Shown here one piece after another: positions 1 to 12,140 of a stretch of DNA of 64,000 bases. The DNA lies in contig NC_091992.1 of NCBI RefSeq assembly GCF_044704955.1, positions 130,882,001 to 130,946,000 of the forward strand, read 5' to 3'. The number at the start of each line of letters is the position of its first letter. Within the stretch, counting starts at the first letter, position 1. Source of the stretch: Pristiophorus japonicus (Eukaryota). The notes below the pieces were generated by a model. The model did no database searches, had not been told where the DNA came from, and was given only the letters and a program-made list of their open reading frames with translations. Position numbers and translations under genes: made by a program.

Positions 1-190
1 GTCTGGACAGAGTAGAGAGAGAGAAACTGTTCCCATTTTGATGGAAGAGTTGAGAACCAGAGGACCCAGATTTAAGGTGATTGGCAGAAGAGCCAGAGGC
101 GACACGAGGGAAAACCTTTTTAGGCAGCGAGTGGTTAGGATCTGGAATGCACGGCCTGAGAGGGTGGCGGAGGCAGACTCAATCATGCTG
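1..190 (+). mobile_element. CR1-clade LINE 3' ORF2 fragment
   Basis: Encodes a decayed GLDRVERE-LFP...RTRG..FKV...FRQRVVRIWNA motif, the CR1 ORF2 C-terminus also seen at 5170-5455. Confidence 0.7.
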
Positions 191-374
191 TAACCGTTCT
201 GTGACTCTTACATGAGGCAGTGATAGTGAGGACAGGGGTGCTCGGCGCTGAAGGAAGCGATTTTGCTGCAAAATGACACTGCCATTGACCCAGAGCCGCA
301 CAGCGATAGTAACCGTTAAATAACTCGAACACTTTGATTGATGAGATCACGTTACAAATGGAACTGCCTGCGCT

Positions 375-388
375 GTTCCCATGGCAAC
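375..388. promoter_or_regulatory. Candidate RFX X-box
   Basis: GTTCCCATGGCAAC is one mismatch from the palindromic consensus GTTGCCATGGCAAC and lies in non-repetitive sequence. Confidence 0.4.
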
Positions 389-875
389 AACGACAGCCCA
401 GAGGTATCTGAGACAGCAGTGGGATTGCAAGCTGCACAGCTGAGGTTTGTCCCAGCTTGTGCATCTCCTGCTTCAAATCAGCGTGACACCAGCACCCGGG
501 CCAGTCAAAGCTAGCGCTGCCCCTTTAACTCTTGCTGAGATATGCTTAAAGGAGCAGCGCACCACTTTCTGTAGGCAGAGGAAACCCGCCAGGGTGCCCC
601 AGGAGCTCAGCAAGTGGATCACATCACATGGACGGGGGGGGCGGGAGGAGGCAATTTGAACCTAAGTAGTCCATTGGGAAACTGACGGGAGGGGGTGCAC
701 CGGCCCCGCCCCGCCCAGGCAGCAGGGAGGAATATCGGGCGGGGTGTAAAACCGACGTTCCACCCGATCCCGCGAGATTCCCGCCCGGCGAGTTCGGTTA
801 AAATGACTCCAAGTCAGCGTCCGGTTCCGGGCACTCCAACCTTACACCAGATTTGGTGAATTTCACATTACAAAG

Positions 876-1290
876 GAAAAAAGAAAGACTTGCATTTATA
901 TAGCACCTTTCACGACCACCGGACGTCTCAAGCGGTTTACAGCCAATGAAGTACTTTTGGAGTGTAGTCACTGTTGCAATGTGGGAAACGCGGCACCCAA
1001 TTTGCGCACAGCAAGCTCCCACAAACAGAAATGTGATAATGACCAGATAATCTGTTTTTGTTATGTTGATTGAGGGGTAAATATTGGCCCCAGGACACCG
1101 GGGATAACTCCCCTGCTCTTCTTTGAAATAGTGCCATGGGATCTTTTACGTTCAATTCAGACAGGGGCCTCGGTCTAATGTCTCATCCGAAAGATGGTAC
1201 CTCCAACACTGCGGCACTCCCTCAGCACTGCACTGGGGTGTCAGCCTAGACTTATATTCTCACCTTCCTGGAGGGGAACTCGAACCCACA
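876..1290 (-). mobile_element. tRNA-derived Deu-domain SINE (SacSINE1/AmnSINE-like)
   Basis: Reverse complement has a B-box-like GGTTCGAGTTCC, the Deu core (AAAGATCCCATGGCACTATTT...CCCCGGTGTCCTGG) and the tail TATATAAATGCAAGTCTTTCTTT. It matches the copies at 10703 and 32729. Confidence 0.8.
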
Positions 1291-1589
1291 ACCTTCTGAC
1301 TCAAACCTTCCTGCCCATGGCAGCTACACCACAGACTGCAGGAATGGCACTGGAGAAAATCTCTTTAAAATAACAAACAGCGTCTGTTTAAAATCAGTCG
1401 TTGGTCCTCACTCTCTCTCTCTCTCTCTCCAATCAATCAATGACTTGATTAATATGATCATAAATTGCAGCATCATTCCGGGAGTCAAAGCGTCTATTCC
1501 AACCACTTGTCCCACACTCATTGCTCCAGACTTTAACCTTTGACCTGTTGGAAATTGCATTCTTCATATAATCCCTGGAAACCGGAAAG

Positions 1590-1945
1590 AAAGTCTTGCA
1601 TTTATATAGCGCCTTTCATGAGTCTCAGAATGTCCCAAACGCTTCACAGCCAATGAAGTACTTTTGGAGTGTAGTCACTGCTGTAATGTAGGAAATGCGG
1701 CAGCCAAATTTGTGAACAGCAAGATCCCACAACAGCAATGTGATAATGACCAGATAATCTGTTTTGGTGATATTGATTGAGGGATAAATATTGGCTAGGA
1801 CACTGGGGATAACTCCCCTGCTCTTCTTTGTAATAGTGCCATGGGATCTTTTACATCTACCTGAGAGAGCAGACGGGGCCTCGGGTTAATGTCTTATCCG
1901 AAAGACCGACAATGTCATATTCCCTCAGCACTGTACTGGGAACGT
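1590..1945 (-). mobile_element. Deu-domain SINE, 5'-truncated
   Basis: Aligns by eye with the copy at 876-1290. Confidence 0.8.
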
Positions 1946-2639
1946 CATGGACACTATCTTCATGAAACCATGCTTGGGTGTTTTTACATTATTTCATTCA
2001 GATTACAAAGAGTGGCATCCATGTGTTAATTTCCCAAGTTTATGCAATCAAAACCAACTCCCTTCTCCCATCAGGAGAACTGTAAAGCAAAAAAGCCACT
2101 TGGCCCCATATTTACAGAGGCGAAGGACCTAACGCCTGTTTCAGGCGTGGGGACACAGGTGCCTGGATTTCAACCTTTGCCAATATGGCAGGCGGCGCAT
2201 TTCTGGCGCTGAACATGTGCGCACACTGCCCGACATGTTGAATGCTTAAAACAGGCAAGGCATTAACGAAGCTCTTGGCCGAGGAATGGCTGCCCAAAGC
2301 AGGAGGTTCGTGGTACTTGTGGAGCTATTCCTCAGCCCAGAGGGAATCCATTCAGGAGAAAGGAGGTCTGGGGAAGATTGAAAGGAAGAACCAGACAGCA
2401 GTTTACCTCAGTAACACTGGGGAAGGATTAATTAGCAACAGCTTTTAAATGGAAACCGGTGAGAATCTCGGCACTTGAAGTTTTATAGAAAACAAACAAG
2501 CAGATGGTTACAGCAGGAACACACTGGGCCTGACAGGAGAATGCCTCGGGTAGAAAGCTCCCCGCCCCTATTTACACAGTGCTGAACGTAATAGCAGGCG
2601 GCAGCCAACAACAGCCCTGACTGTCACACTACAAAAAGG

Positions 2640-5553
2640 GCCACACTACATCATAATTCTAAAAGGACAAAGGGTGTTAAAAAAAACAAGCCTGTCTTAA
2701 TGCAAGGAGTATCTGTAATAAGGTGGATGAATTAACTGTGCAAATAGATGTTAACAGATATGATGTGATTCGGATTACAGAGACGTGGCTCCAGGATGAT
2801 CAGGGCTGGGAACTCAACATCCAAGGGTATTCAACATTCAGGAAGGATATAATAAAAGGAAAAGGAGGTGGGGTAGCATTGCTGGTTAAAGAGGAGATTA
2901 ATGCAATAGTTAGGAAGGACATTAGCTTGGGTGATGTGGAATCTATATGGGTATAGCTGCAGAACACCAAAGGGCAAAAAACATTAGTGGGAGTTGTGTA
3001 CAGACCTCCAGACAGCAGTAGTGATGTTGGGGAGGGCATCAAACAGGAAATTAGGGGTGCATGCAATAAAGGTGCAGCAGTTATCATGGGTGACTTTAAT
3101 ATGCATATAGATTGGGCTAACCAAACTGGAAGCAATACGGTGGAGGAGGATTTCTTGGAGTGCATAAGGGATGGTTTTCTAGACCAATATGTCGAGGAAC
3201 CAAATAGGGGGGAGGCCATCTTAGACTGGGTGTTGTGTAATGAAAGAGGATTAATTAACAATCTCGTTGTGCGAGGCCCCTTGGGGAAGAGTGACCATAA
3301 TTTGGTGGAATTCTACATTAGGATGGAGAATGAAACAGTTAATTCAGAGACCATGGTCCAGAACTTAAAGAAGGCTATCTTTGAAGGTATGAGGCGTGAA
3401 TTGGCTAGGATAGACTGGCGAATGGTACTTAAGGGGTTGACAGTGGATGGGCAATGGCAGACATTTAGAGACTGCATGGATGAACTACAACAATTGTACA
3501 TTCCTGTCTGGCGTAAAAATAAAAAAGGGAAGGTGGCTCAACCGTGGCTATCAAGGGAAATCAGGGATAGTATTAAAGCCAAGGAAGTGGCATACAAATT
3601 GGCCAGAAATAGCAGCGAATCCGGGAACTGCGAGAAATTTAGAACTCAGCAGAGGAGGACAAAGCGTTTGATTAGGGCAGGGAAAATAGAGTACGAGAGG
3701 AAGCTTGCAGGGAACATTAAGACGGACTGCAAAAGTTTCTATAGATATGTAAAGAGAAAAAGGTTAGTAAAGACAAACATAGGTCCCCTGCAGTCAGAAT
3801 CAGGGGAAGTCATAACGGGGAACAAAGAAATGGCAGACCAATTGAACAAGTATTTTGGTTCGGTATTCACTAAGGAGGACACAAACAACCTTCCGAATAT
3901 AAAAGGGGTCAGAGGGTCTAATAAGAAGGAGGAACTGAGGGAAATCCTTATTAGTCGGGAAATTGTGTTGGGGAAATTGATGGGATTGAAGGCCGATAAA
4001 TCACAAGGGCGTGATGGTCTGCATCCCAGAGTACTTAAGGAGGTGGCCTTGGAAATAGAGGATGCATTGACAGTCATTTTCCAACATTCCATAGACCCTG
4101 GATTAGTTCCTATGGAGTGGAGGGTAGCCAATGTTACAGGGAATTATAGACCGGTCAGCCTGACATCGGTAGTGGGTAAAATGATGGAATCAATTATAAA
4201 GGATGTCATAGCAGCGCATTTGGAAAGAGGTGGCACGATAGGTCCAAGTCAGCATGGATTTGTGAAAGGGAAATAATGCTTGACAAATCTTCCAGAATTT
4301 TTTGAGGATGTTTCCAGTAGAGTGGACAAGGGAGAACCAGTTGATGTGGTGTATTTGGACTTTCAGAAGGCTTTCGACAAGGTCCCACACAAGAGATTAA
4401 TGTGCAAAGTTAAAGCACATGGGATTGGGGGTAGTGTGCTGACATGGATTGAGAACTGATTGGCAGATAAGAAGCAAAAAGTAGGAGTAAATGGGTACTT
4501 TTCAGAATGGCAGGCAGTGACTAGTGGGGTACCGCAAGGTTCTGTGCTGGGGCCTCAGCTGTTTACATTGTACATTAATGATTTAAACGAGGGGATTAAA
4601 TGTAGTATCTCCAAATTTGCAAATGACACTAAGTTGGGTGGCAGTGTGAGCTCTGAGGAGGATGCTATGAGGCTGCAGAGTGACTTGGATAGGTTAGGTG
4701 AGTGGGCAAATGCATGGCAGATGAAGTATAATGTGGATAAATGTGAGGTTATGCACTTTGGTGGTAAAAACAGAGAGACAAACGATTATCCGAATGGTGC
4801 CAGATTAGGAAAAGGGGAGGTGCAACGAGACCTGGGTGTCATGGTACATCAGTCATTGAAGGTTGGCATGCAGGTACAGCAGGCGGTTAAGAAAGCAAAT
4901 GGCATGTTGGCCTTTATAGCGAGGGGATTTGAGTACAGGGGCAGGGAGGTGTTACTACAGTTGCACAGGGCCTTGGTGAGGCCACACCTGGAGTATTGTG
5001 TACAGTTTTGGTCTCCTAACTTGAGGAAGGACATTCTTGCTATTGAGGGAGTGCAGCGAAGGTTCACCAGACTGATTCCCGGGATGGCGGGACTGACATA
5101 TCAAGAAAGACTGGATCAACTGGGCTTGTATTCACTGGAGTTCAGAAGAATGAGAGGGGATCTCATAGAAACGTTTAAAATACTGACGGGTTTAGACAGG
5201 TTAGATGCAGGAAGAATGTTCCCAATGTTGGGGAAGTCCAGAACCAGGGGTGACAGTCTAAGGATAAGGGGTAAGCCATTTAGGACCGAGATGAGGAGAA
5301 ACTTCTTCACCCAGAGAGTGGTGAACCTGTGGAATTCTCTACCACAGAAAGTTGTTGAGGCCAATTCACTAAATATATTCAAAAAGGAGTTAGATGAGGT
5401 CCTTACTACTCGGGGGATCAAGGGGTATGGCGAGAAAGCAGGAATGGGGTACTGAAGTTTCATGTTCAGCCATGAACTCATTGAATGGTGGTGCAGGCTA
5501 GAGGGGCCGAATGGCCTATTCCTGCACCTATTTTCTATGTTTCTATGTTTCTA
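2640..5553 (+). mobile_element. CR1-clade LINE, nearly complete ORF2 (APE endonuclease + RT), inactivated
   Basis: ORFs 2723-2956, 2987-4276 and 4460-5455 carry [48 protein letters not shown] and LEYCVQFWSP. In-frame stops and a small deletion (PLFKKGGREK missing) inactivate it. It ends with the 3' hairpin and (TTTCTATG)n tail. Confidence 0.95.
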
Positions 5554-6782
5554 TGTCCGCGGTGATCCCTTCCACTCTCGGCCCTGAGTGTCCGCGGTAA
5601 ACCCACCCTCGGCCCTGAGTGTCCGCGGTAAACCCACCCTCGGCCCTGAGTGTCCGCGGTAAACCCACTCTCGGCCCTGACTGCCCGCGGTAAACCCACC
5701 CTCGACCCTGAGTGTCCGCGGTAAACCCACTCTCGGCCCTGAGTGTCCGCGGTAAACCCACTCTCGGCCCTGACTGTCCGCGGTAAACCCACTCTCGGCC
5801 CTGAGTGTCCGCGGTTAACCAACTCTCGGCCCTGAGTGTCCGCGGTAAACCCACTCTCGGCCCTGAGTGTCCGCGGTAAACCCATTCTCGGCCCTGAGTG
5901 TCCGCGGTAAACCCACTCTCGGCCCTGACTGTCCGCGGTAAACCCACTCTCGGCCCTGAGTGTCCGCGGTTAACCAACTCTCGGCCCTGAGTGTCCGCGG
6001 TAAACCCACTCTCGGCCCTGAGTGTCCGCGGTAAACCCATTCTCGGCCCTGAGTGTCCGCGGTAAACCCACTCTCGGCCCTGAGTGTCCGCGGTAAACCC
6101 ACTCTCGGCCCTGAGTGTCCGCGGTAAACCCACTCTCGGCCCTGAGTGTCCGCGGTAAACCCACTCTCGGCCCTGAGTGTCCGCGGTAAACCCACTCTCG
6201 GCCCTGAGTGTCCGCGGTAAACCCACTCTCGGCCCTGAGTGTCCGCGGTAAACCCACTCTCGGCCCTGACTGTCCGCGGTAAACCCACCCTCGGCCCTGA
6301 GTGTCCGCGGTAAACCCACCCTCGGCCCTGAGTGTCCGCGGTAAACCCACTCTCGGCCCTGAGTGTCCGCGGTAAACCCACTCTCGGCCCTGACTGTCCG
6401 CGGTAAACCCACCCTCGGCCCTGAGTGTCCGCGGTAAACCCACCCTCGGCCCTGAGTGTCCACGGTAAACCCACTCTCGGCCCTGACTGTCCGCGGTAAA
6501 CCCACTCTCGGCCCTGAGTGTCCGTGGTAAACCCACTCTCGGCCCTGAGTGTCCGCGGTAAACCCACCCTCAGCCCTGAGTGTCCGCGGTCCCTGAGTGT
6601 CCGCGGTAAACCCACCCTCGGCCCTGAGTGTCCGCGGTAAACCCACTCTCGGCCCTGACTGTCCACGGTAAACCCACCCTCGGCCCTGAGTGTCCGCGGT
6701 AAACCCACTCTCGGCCCTGAGTGTCCGCGGTAAACCCACTCTCGGCCCTGAGTGTCCGCGGTAAACCCACTCTTGGTCCTGA
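5554..6782. repeat. 31-bp CpG-rich minisatellite, ~40 copies
   Basis: Unit GTCCGCGGTAAACCCACTCTCGGCCCTGAGT. It begins directly at the CR1 tail. Confidence 0.97.
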
Positions 6783-7133
6783 CGGGAACCATGGACGGGG
6801 CATTGCAAGCCAGATCCTCTAACTATTCCTTCCCCGCCCCTTCTCGGCCTCTGCACGCTCAACACCCAGGACTTCGAGGATAGGCAAGGCAACTGTAATG
6901 TAATTGCTCCTTGGGTTCTTTGCTTAAGAATTCAAAGCAACACATTGCTATTAAGAACTAGTTGGTTTATTAGCAAAGGTTTAACAATCACACTACACAT
7001 TACCGGTTCATCCACCAGGATCACAACCACCTGCCTCATCGTGGACACCCTGAACCCAACTGGCTGGGGTTTTATTGAGTATTGTGAACATCACGTGACT
7101 GGCTAAGCCACTCCCAATTCAACACCTCTACAA

Positions 7134-8216
7134 CTATTTTAATTGAGCATTAATACAAGTGCCCCCTTATTAAAGAGGCACTAAACTAACAAATAAACAA
7201 ATTAAACTTTTGGCGTTAAATAAATCAAATTTAAATTTGGTTGCCGGGGGTGATGATGCACTCAGTCCCTCCGGTGCCCACCTCTCACGGAAAGCCGCCA
7301 GCGGACCGGTGGACACTGCGTGCTCCATCTCCAGGGACACCCTGGCTCAGATGTAACCATGGAAGAGAGGCAGGCAGTTGGGCTGAATGACCCCCTCGAC
7401 CGCCCGCTGCCTGGATCGGCTGATGGCCCCCTTGCCCATGCCCAGGAGCAGTCTTATGAGGAAGCCTTCCAACCTGCCCACTCCACTCCGCACAGGGTGC
7501 CCAAAGATCAGGAATGTGGTACTGAAGTGCAACCAGAATTTCAGGAATAGCCCCTTCAAATAATGGAAGAGGGGCTGCAACCTCACACATTGAACATACA
7601 CATGGAACACGGACTCCTCTAGACTGCAGAAATTACAGGCGGCCCGAGAGCCCGTGAACTGACTTAAAAACGTATTGCACGGGACTGCCCCTTGCACCAC
7701 CCTCCAGGCCAAGTCCCCAATAAATACAGGGAGGACTCCCGCGTAGAGAGCACTCCATTGGGGACCCCCGCCTCCTCTGGACGGCAAGATGGTGCACCAT
7801 GGCGTGTCCAGATGGCAGTCGAGGATGGCAACGTGGAGAGTGTGCAGGAGCAGCCCGTACAGGAATCCCCTTCACGCAGAACTGAAAAGCACGGAGGGGA
7901 TTTCCCCGAGGAGGCTCAAGTTGTGAGGTGCCGGCTCCCGAGGGAGGTTTCGGGGCTTGGCGCCGATGAGGAATTCCATCCGGACGGGGGTCAGTTCGGA
8001 TGGGATTGCCCCATGTGCTTGAGCCTCCTCGCTGCACCGAACGGAGTCGGGGCCAGTGCCGTTTTTAGCGACTCGATGGCAATGGCCGCGCGCCGGATGT
8101 CGGCCCGGGATAGGCACCATGCCAGCATGTCCGGCGCCATCCAGCCCGCTCCTCCACCATCGAGCAGGTCCCTGACCCTGGTCACCTTGCCAAACACAGC
8201 TCTCTCATCCGCCTGT
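7134..8216 (-). mobile_element. Tx1/L1-clade non-LTR retrotransposon, 5'-truncated copy A
   Basis: Encodes the zf-RVT-type C-terminal region (GDLAWRVVQGAVPCN...CNFCSLEESVFHVYVQC). It is flanked by the 15-bp repeat TCAACA(C/G)CTCTACAA at 7119-7133 and 8217-8231. Confidence 0.85.
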
Positions 8217-8231
8217 TCAACAGCTCTACAA

Positions 8232-9414
8232 CTATTTTAAGTTGTGATCAGTAATCAAGTGCCCCCTGATTAAAGGGGGTGGGACACTCCAAAAACTTTT
8301 CAAGTGCCACCTTGTTTTTTTTTGTTTTTATTGTGTTTTTTTTTGAAGGCACTAAAACCACAACTTATACAAGTGTCCCCTGGCTAAAAGGGTGGGGGCA
8401 CTAAAAGCGGACAATAAACAAATTAAACTTTAGACAAAAAAACATCAAATTAAAATTTGGTTGCCGGGTGTGATGATGCACTCCAGTCCTTCCGGCGCCC
8501 ACCTCGCGCGGAAGGCCACGAGCGTACCGGTGGACACCGCGTGCTCCATCTCCAGGGACACCCTGGTTCAGATGTAAGCGCGGAAGAGAGGCGGGCAGTC
8601 GGGCTGAACGACCCCCTCGACCGCCCGCTGCCTGGACCGGCTGATGGCACCCTTGGCCGTGCCCAGGAGCAGCCCTACGAGGAGGCTCTCGGACCTGCCC
8701 GCTCCCCTCCGCACAGGGTGCCCAAAGATTAGGAGTGTGGGACTGAAGTGCAGCCAGAAATTGAGGAGCAACCCCTTTAAATAATAAATCAGGGGCTGCA
8801 ACCTCGCACACTCAATAAAAACATGGAACACGGACTCCTCCAGACCGCAGAAATTGCAGGCGGCCTGGGAGCCCGTGAACCGGCTTAAAAATTTATTGCA
8901 CGGGACTGCTCCGTGCACCACCCTCCAGGCCAAGTCCCCGATAAACAGTGGGAGGACTCCCACGTAGAGTGCACTCCATCGGGGACCCCCGCCTCCTCCG
9001 GACGGCAAGATGGTATGCCATGGCGTGTCCAGATGGCAGACGAAGATGGCAAAGTGGAGAGTGTGCAGGAGCAGCCCGTACAGGAAACCCCTCTGCGCAG
9101 AACTGAAAGGCACGGAGGGGATTTCCCCGAGGCGGCTCAAGTTGTGAGGCGCCGGCTCCCGAGGGAGGTTTCGGGGTTTGGCGCCGATGAGGAATTCCGT
9201 CCGGACGGGGGTCAGTTCGGACGGGATCTCCCCACGTGCTTGAGCCTCCTCGACGCACCTAACGGAGTCAGGGCCCAGCGCCGTTTTAAACGACTCGATG
9301 GTATTGGCCACGCGCCATGCCAGTATGTCCGGCGCCATCCAGCCCACTCCTCCACCATCGAGCAGGTCCCTGACCCTGGTCACCTTGCCAAACACAGCCC
9401 TCTCGTCTGCCTGC
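8232..9414 (-). mobile_element. Tx1/L1-clade non-LTR retrotransposon, 5'-truncated copy B
   Basis: ORF 8568-9395 (275 aa) contains WRVVHGAVPCN...CNFCGLEESVFHVFIEC. It is flanked by TCAACAGCTCTACAA at 8217-8231 and 9415-9429. Confidence 0.85.
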
Positions 9415-10702
9415 TCAACAGCTCTACAAACCCGTGAGCATGTTCACAGGTGCATACCTTACAGCTTGGGACCCGACAGTAAGGATCATCAAGCTTTTCC
9501 ATCACAGGGGCATCACATTCAATCCACCCCCTCCCCCCATTGATCACTTCAGCTGATCTGTTCATTGATAAAACAGTGCCCATCGGTGGGCTGAAATGAA
9601 ATAGAAAGAGTTTGCCCCTGAAATTGAGATAGTGACCCTGCTGGATCTGGATTGCTGTCTAACTGTCCAATGAACGCCACAGGAAAGTGCTCAGCCATCC
9701 AAATGGGGCAGGTTGTCAATGTAGCAAGTATCGGTTGGTTGCAGTGTTGATGTTCCCCCACTGAAAGCAGCACAGCTCAATCAGGTCACACTTACACCGG
9801 ATCGAGGCATAGACTTTCATTGCTGCACACACATCAATGCTGGTATTTAATTCATGGGAACTCCAGAAAAAGTGGTCTTTTCTCACCCAACATGCATTTC
9901 CCAGTATTGCAGCAATCTGAAGTCTGGCCCCGGCCCACTTTGCCCTCAGCAGTCTGGCTGCACTGCGCTGCGGTCAATGTTCATACGCCCTGGCTGGGAT
10001 CAGCACAGTCTCGGGATCCAACCCTGGGGCCTCGTTGGCCTGGCTCGGCTCGGCTCGGCTCGGCTGGGCTCACCACCCCACCCCACCATCTGGTGCATCC
10101 TGCTCACTCCTGGCTCGCCTCCCACCTCTCTGTAGTGTGTGTGTGACTATCTCGCTCAAATACACTTGCTATGAAACCACTCATTTTTACAACATTGCTG
10201 TCATTCTTTATTTCTGGTTGGGTCGCTGTTCGCAGCTGCACACATTCTAATCTGTTGACCCTCTGCCTCTCAGCGAGGACCCCGAAATAAATGGGCTCCA
10301 GGTGCCATCTGCTGGTGTTGTTCCGTATGACATGAAAAGCTTCCAATGGGATGCCTAGTTTGGCTCTCCATTCGATGGCCTCCCGCGATGCCGAGTGGGG
10401 ATATGAAGTGCCTCCTGCAACGGATCTCAGTGGGCAGGTCAATGTGATGTGTCCCATGGTCTGGGACTCATGGCTCTGTCCACAGAGGATTCACCCACTG
10501 ACTTACACCATTATAGTCAATGACAGCAGATCCTGCACAATATCACATTGCAGGCACTGCAAGCGCCCAGTACAACCAGCAGACAGCCTGCAGTTTTACT
10601 GGTCACCCAGTTCCCATTTGTTTCAATAACAGTATTTATGAAAACTCCTAGATCTGCAGGGAGAAATACAAGAAACAGACCTGGGGCTCATCCACGAGCT
10701 AG

Positions 10703-11083
10703 TGCCAGCCGTGGGTCAGTGGGCAACACTCCCGCTTCTGGGTCAGAAGATTGTGGGTTCAAGTCCCACTCCACAGAAATCGAGACTGACACTCTGAGGG
10801 AGTGCTACACTGTCTTTTGGATGAGAGGTTAAACTGAGATCCCATCTACTCTCTCAAGAGTTATCCCCAGTATCCTAGCCAATATTTATTCCTCAATCAA
10901 CATAACAAAAAAACAGATTATCTGGTCATTATCACTTTACTGTTTGTGGGAGCTTGCTGTGCACAAATTGGCTGCTGTGTTTCCCACAGTGACTACACAT
11001 GAAAAGTACTTCATTGGGTGTAAAGCGCTTTGAGACTTCCGGTGGTCGTGAAAGGCGCTATATAAATGCAAGTCTTTCTTTCT
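10703..11083 (+). mobile_element. Deu-domain tRNA-SINE, internally deleted
   Basis: tRNA-like head (GTGGGTCAGTGG...GGTTCAAGTCC) and tail GGCGCTATATAAATGCAAGTCTTTCTTTC. Confidence 0.8.
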
Positions 11084-11367
11084 TAACGCAGTCCTTAGAA
11101 GTTGTACTGGAAATTAGGATAATTTTCATCAAGGCACAATGTAACTATTCCGGCTCTTAATTTTGAAATTGGTCCTTTCTCTCTTTCTCTCTCTCTCCCA
11201 ATTTAGCTGTGGATCTGGGCGTTGGTCCTGGGTGAGAGAGTGTGGCACTACACGACTGTGCTCTGTCTCCTGCTTGCCCCTTCACCCCTTGGCATTAATT
11301 CAGAGTGCCCAGTGCTGCACGGAGTGGATTGAATGGAAGCAACCTAAAGGCCGCAGAAGGACTGAGG

Positions 11368-12140
11368 GAGATTATAATGCATCAACGATGAGGTCCAACA
11401 TCGCCTCCAGTGCGCCAGCGCAGCCTTCGGTCTCCTGAGGAAGAGAGTGTTTGAAGACCAGGATCTTACATCCGGAACCAAGCTCATGGTCTACAAGGCA
11501 GTAATGATACCTGCCCTCCTATAAGGCTCAGAGACGTGGACTATGTACAGCAAACACCTCAAAGTACTGGAGAAATACCACCAACGCTGTCTCCGCAAGA
11601 TCCTGCAAATCCCCCGGGAGGATAGATGTACCAATGTCAGTGTTCTCGCTCAGGCCAACATCCCCAGCGTCGAAATATTGACCATGCTTGATCAGCTCCG
11701 TTGGGTGGGCCACATTGTCCGCATGCCCGACACGAGACTCCCAAAACAAACACTCTACTCGGAGCTTCGACACGCCAAGCGAGCCCCAGGTGGGCAGAGG
11801 AAATGTTTCAAAGACACCCTTAAAGCCTCCTTGACAAAGTGCAACCTCCCCACTGACACCTGGGAATCCCTGACCAAAGACCGCCCAAAATGGAGGAAGA
11901 GCATCCGGGAGGGCGCTGAGCACCTCGAGTCTCGTCGCTGAGAACAAGCAGAAACCAAGTGTAGACAGTGAAGGAGCGTGCGGTAAACCAGGCTCCCCAC
12001 CCACCCTTTCCTTCAACCACTGTCTGCCCCTCCTGTGACAGAGACTGCAATTCCCGTATTGGACTGTTCAGTCACCTGAGAACTCACTTTTAGAGTGGAA
12101 GCAAGCCTTCCTCAATTCCGAGGGACTGCCTATGATGACG
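11368..12140 (+). mobile_element. RTE-clade LINE 3' fragment
   Basis: ORF 11543-11941 contains HQRCLRKIL, QLRWVGHIVRMPDTRLPKQ and WESL..DRPKWR. It continues into a CPSCDRDC...SHLRTH zinc finger and an (ATG)n tail. Confidence 0.9.

Larger units (their letters stand above)
6894..9463 (-). mobile_element. Solo LTR (TG...CA) split into 6894-7133 and 9415-9463 by two Tx1-like insertions
   Basis: The two pieces joined are the reverse complement of the intact element at 17932-18206 (termini TGTAATGTA...TACCTTACA). Confidence 0.85.

Noticed and set aside
620-850. GC-box/CpG-rich patch as a promoter
   Set aside because: It is short, resembles the GC-rich interior and terminus of the local non-autonomous DNA transposons, and has no associated exon.
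5535-6892. Long ORFs up to 449 aa
   Set aside because: They are stop-free translations of the 31-bp array in all three minus frames, with no splice or domain support.
10703-10780. tRNA genes at SINE heads (also 29858, 32729)
   Set aside because: A/B boxes are present but run into the Deu-SINE body, with no complete cloverleaf.
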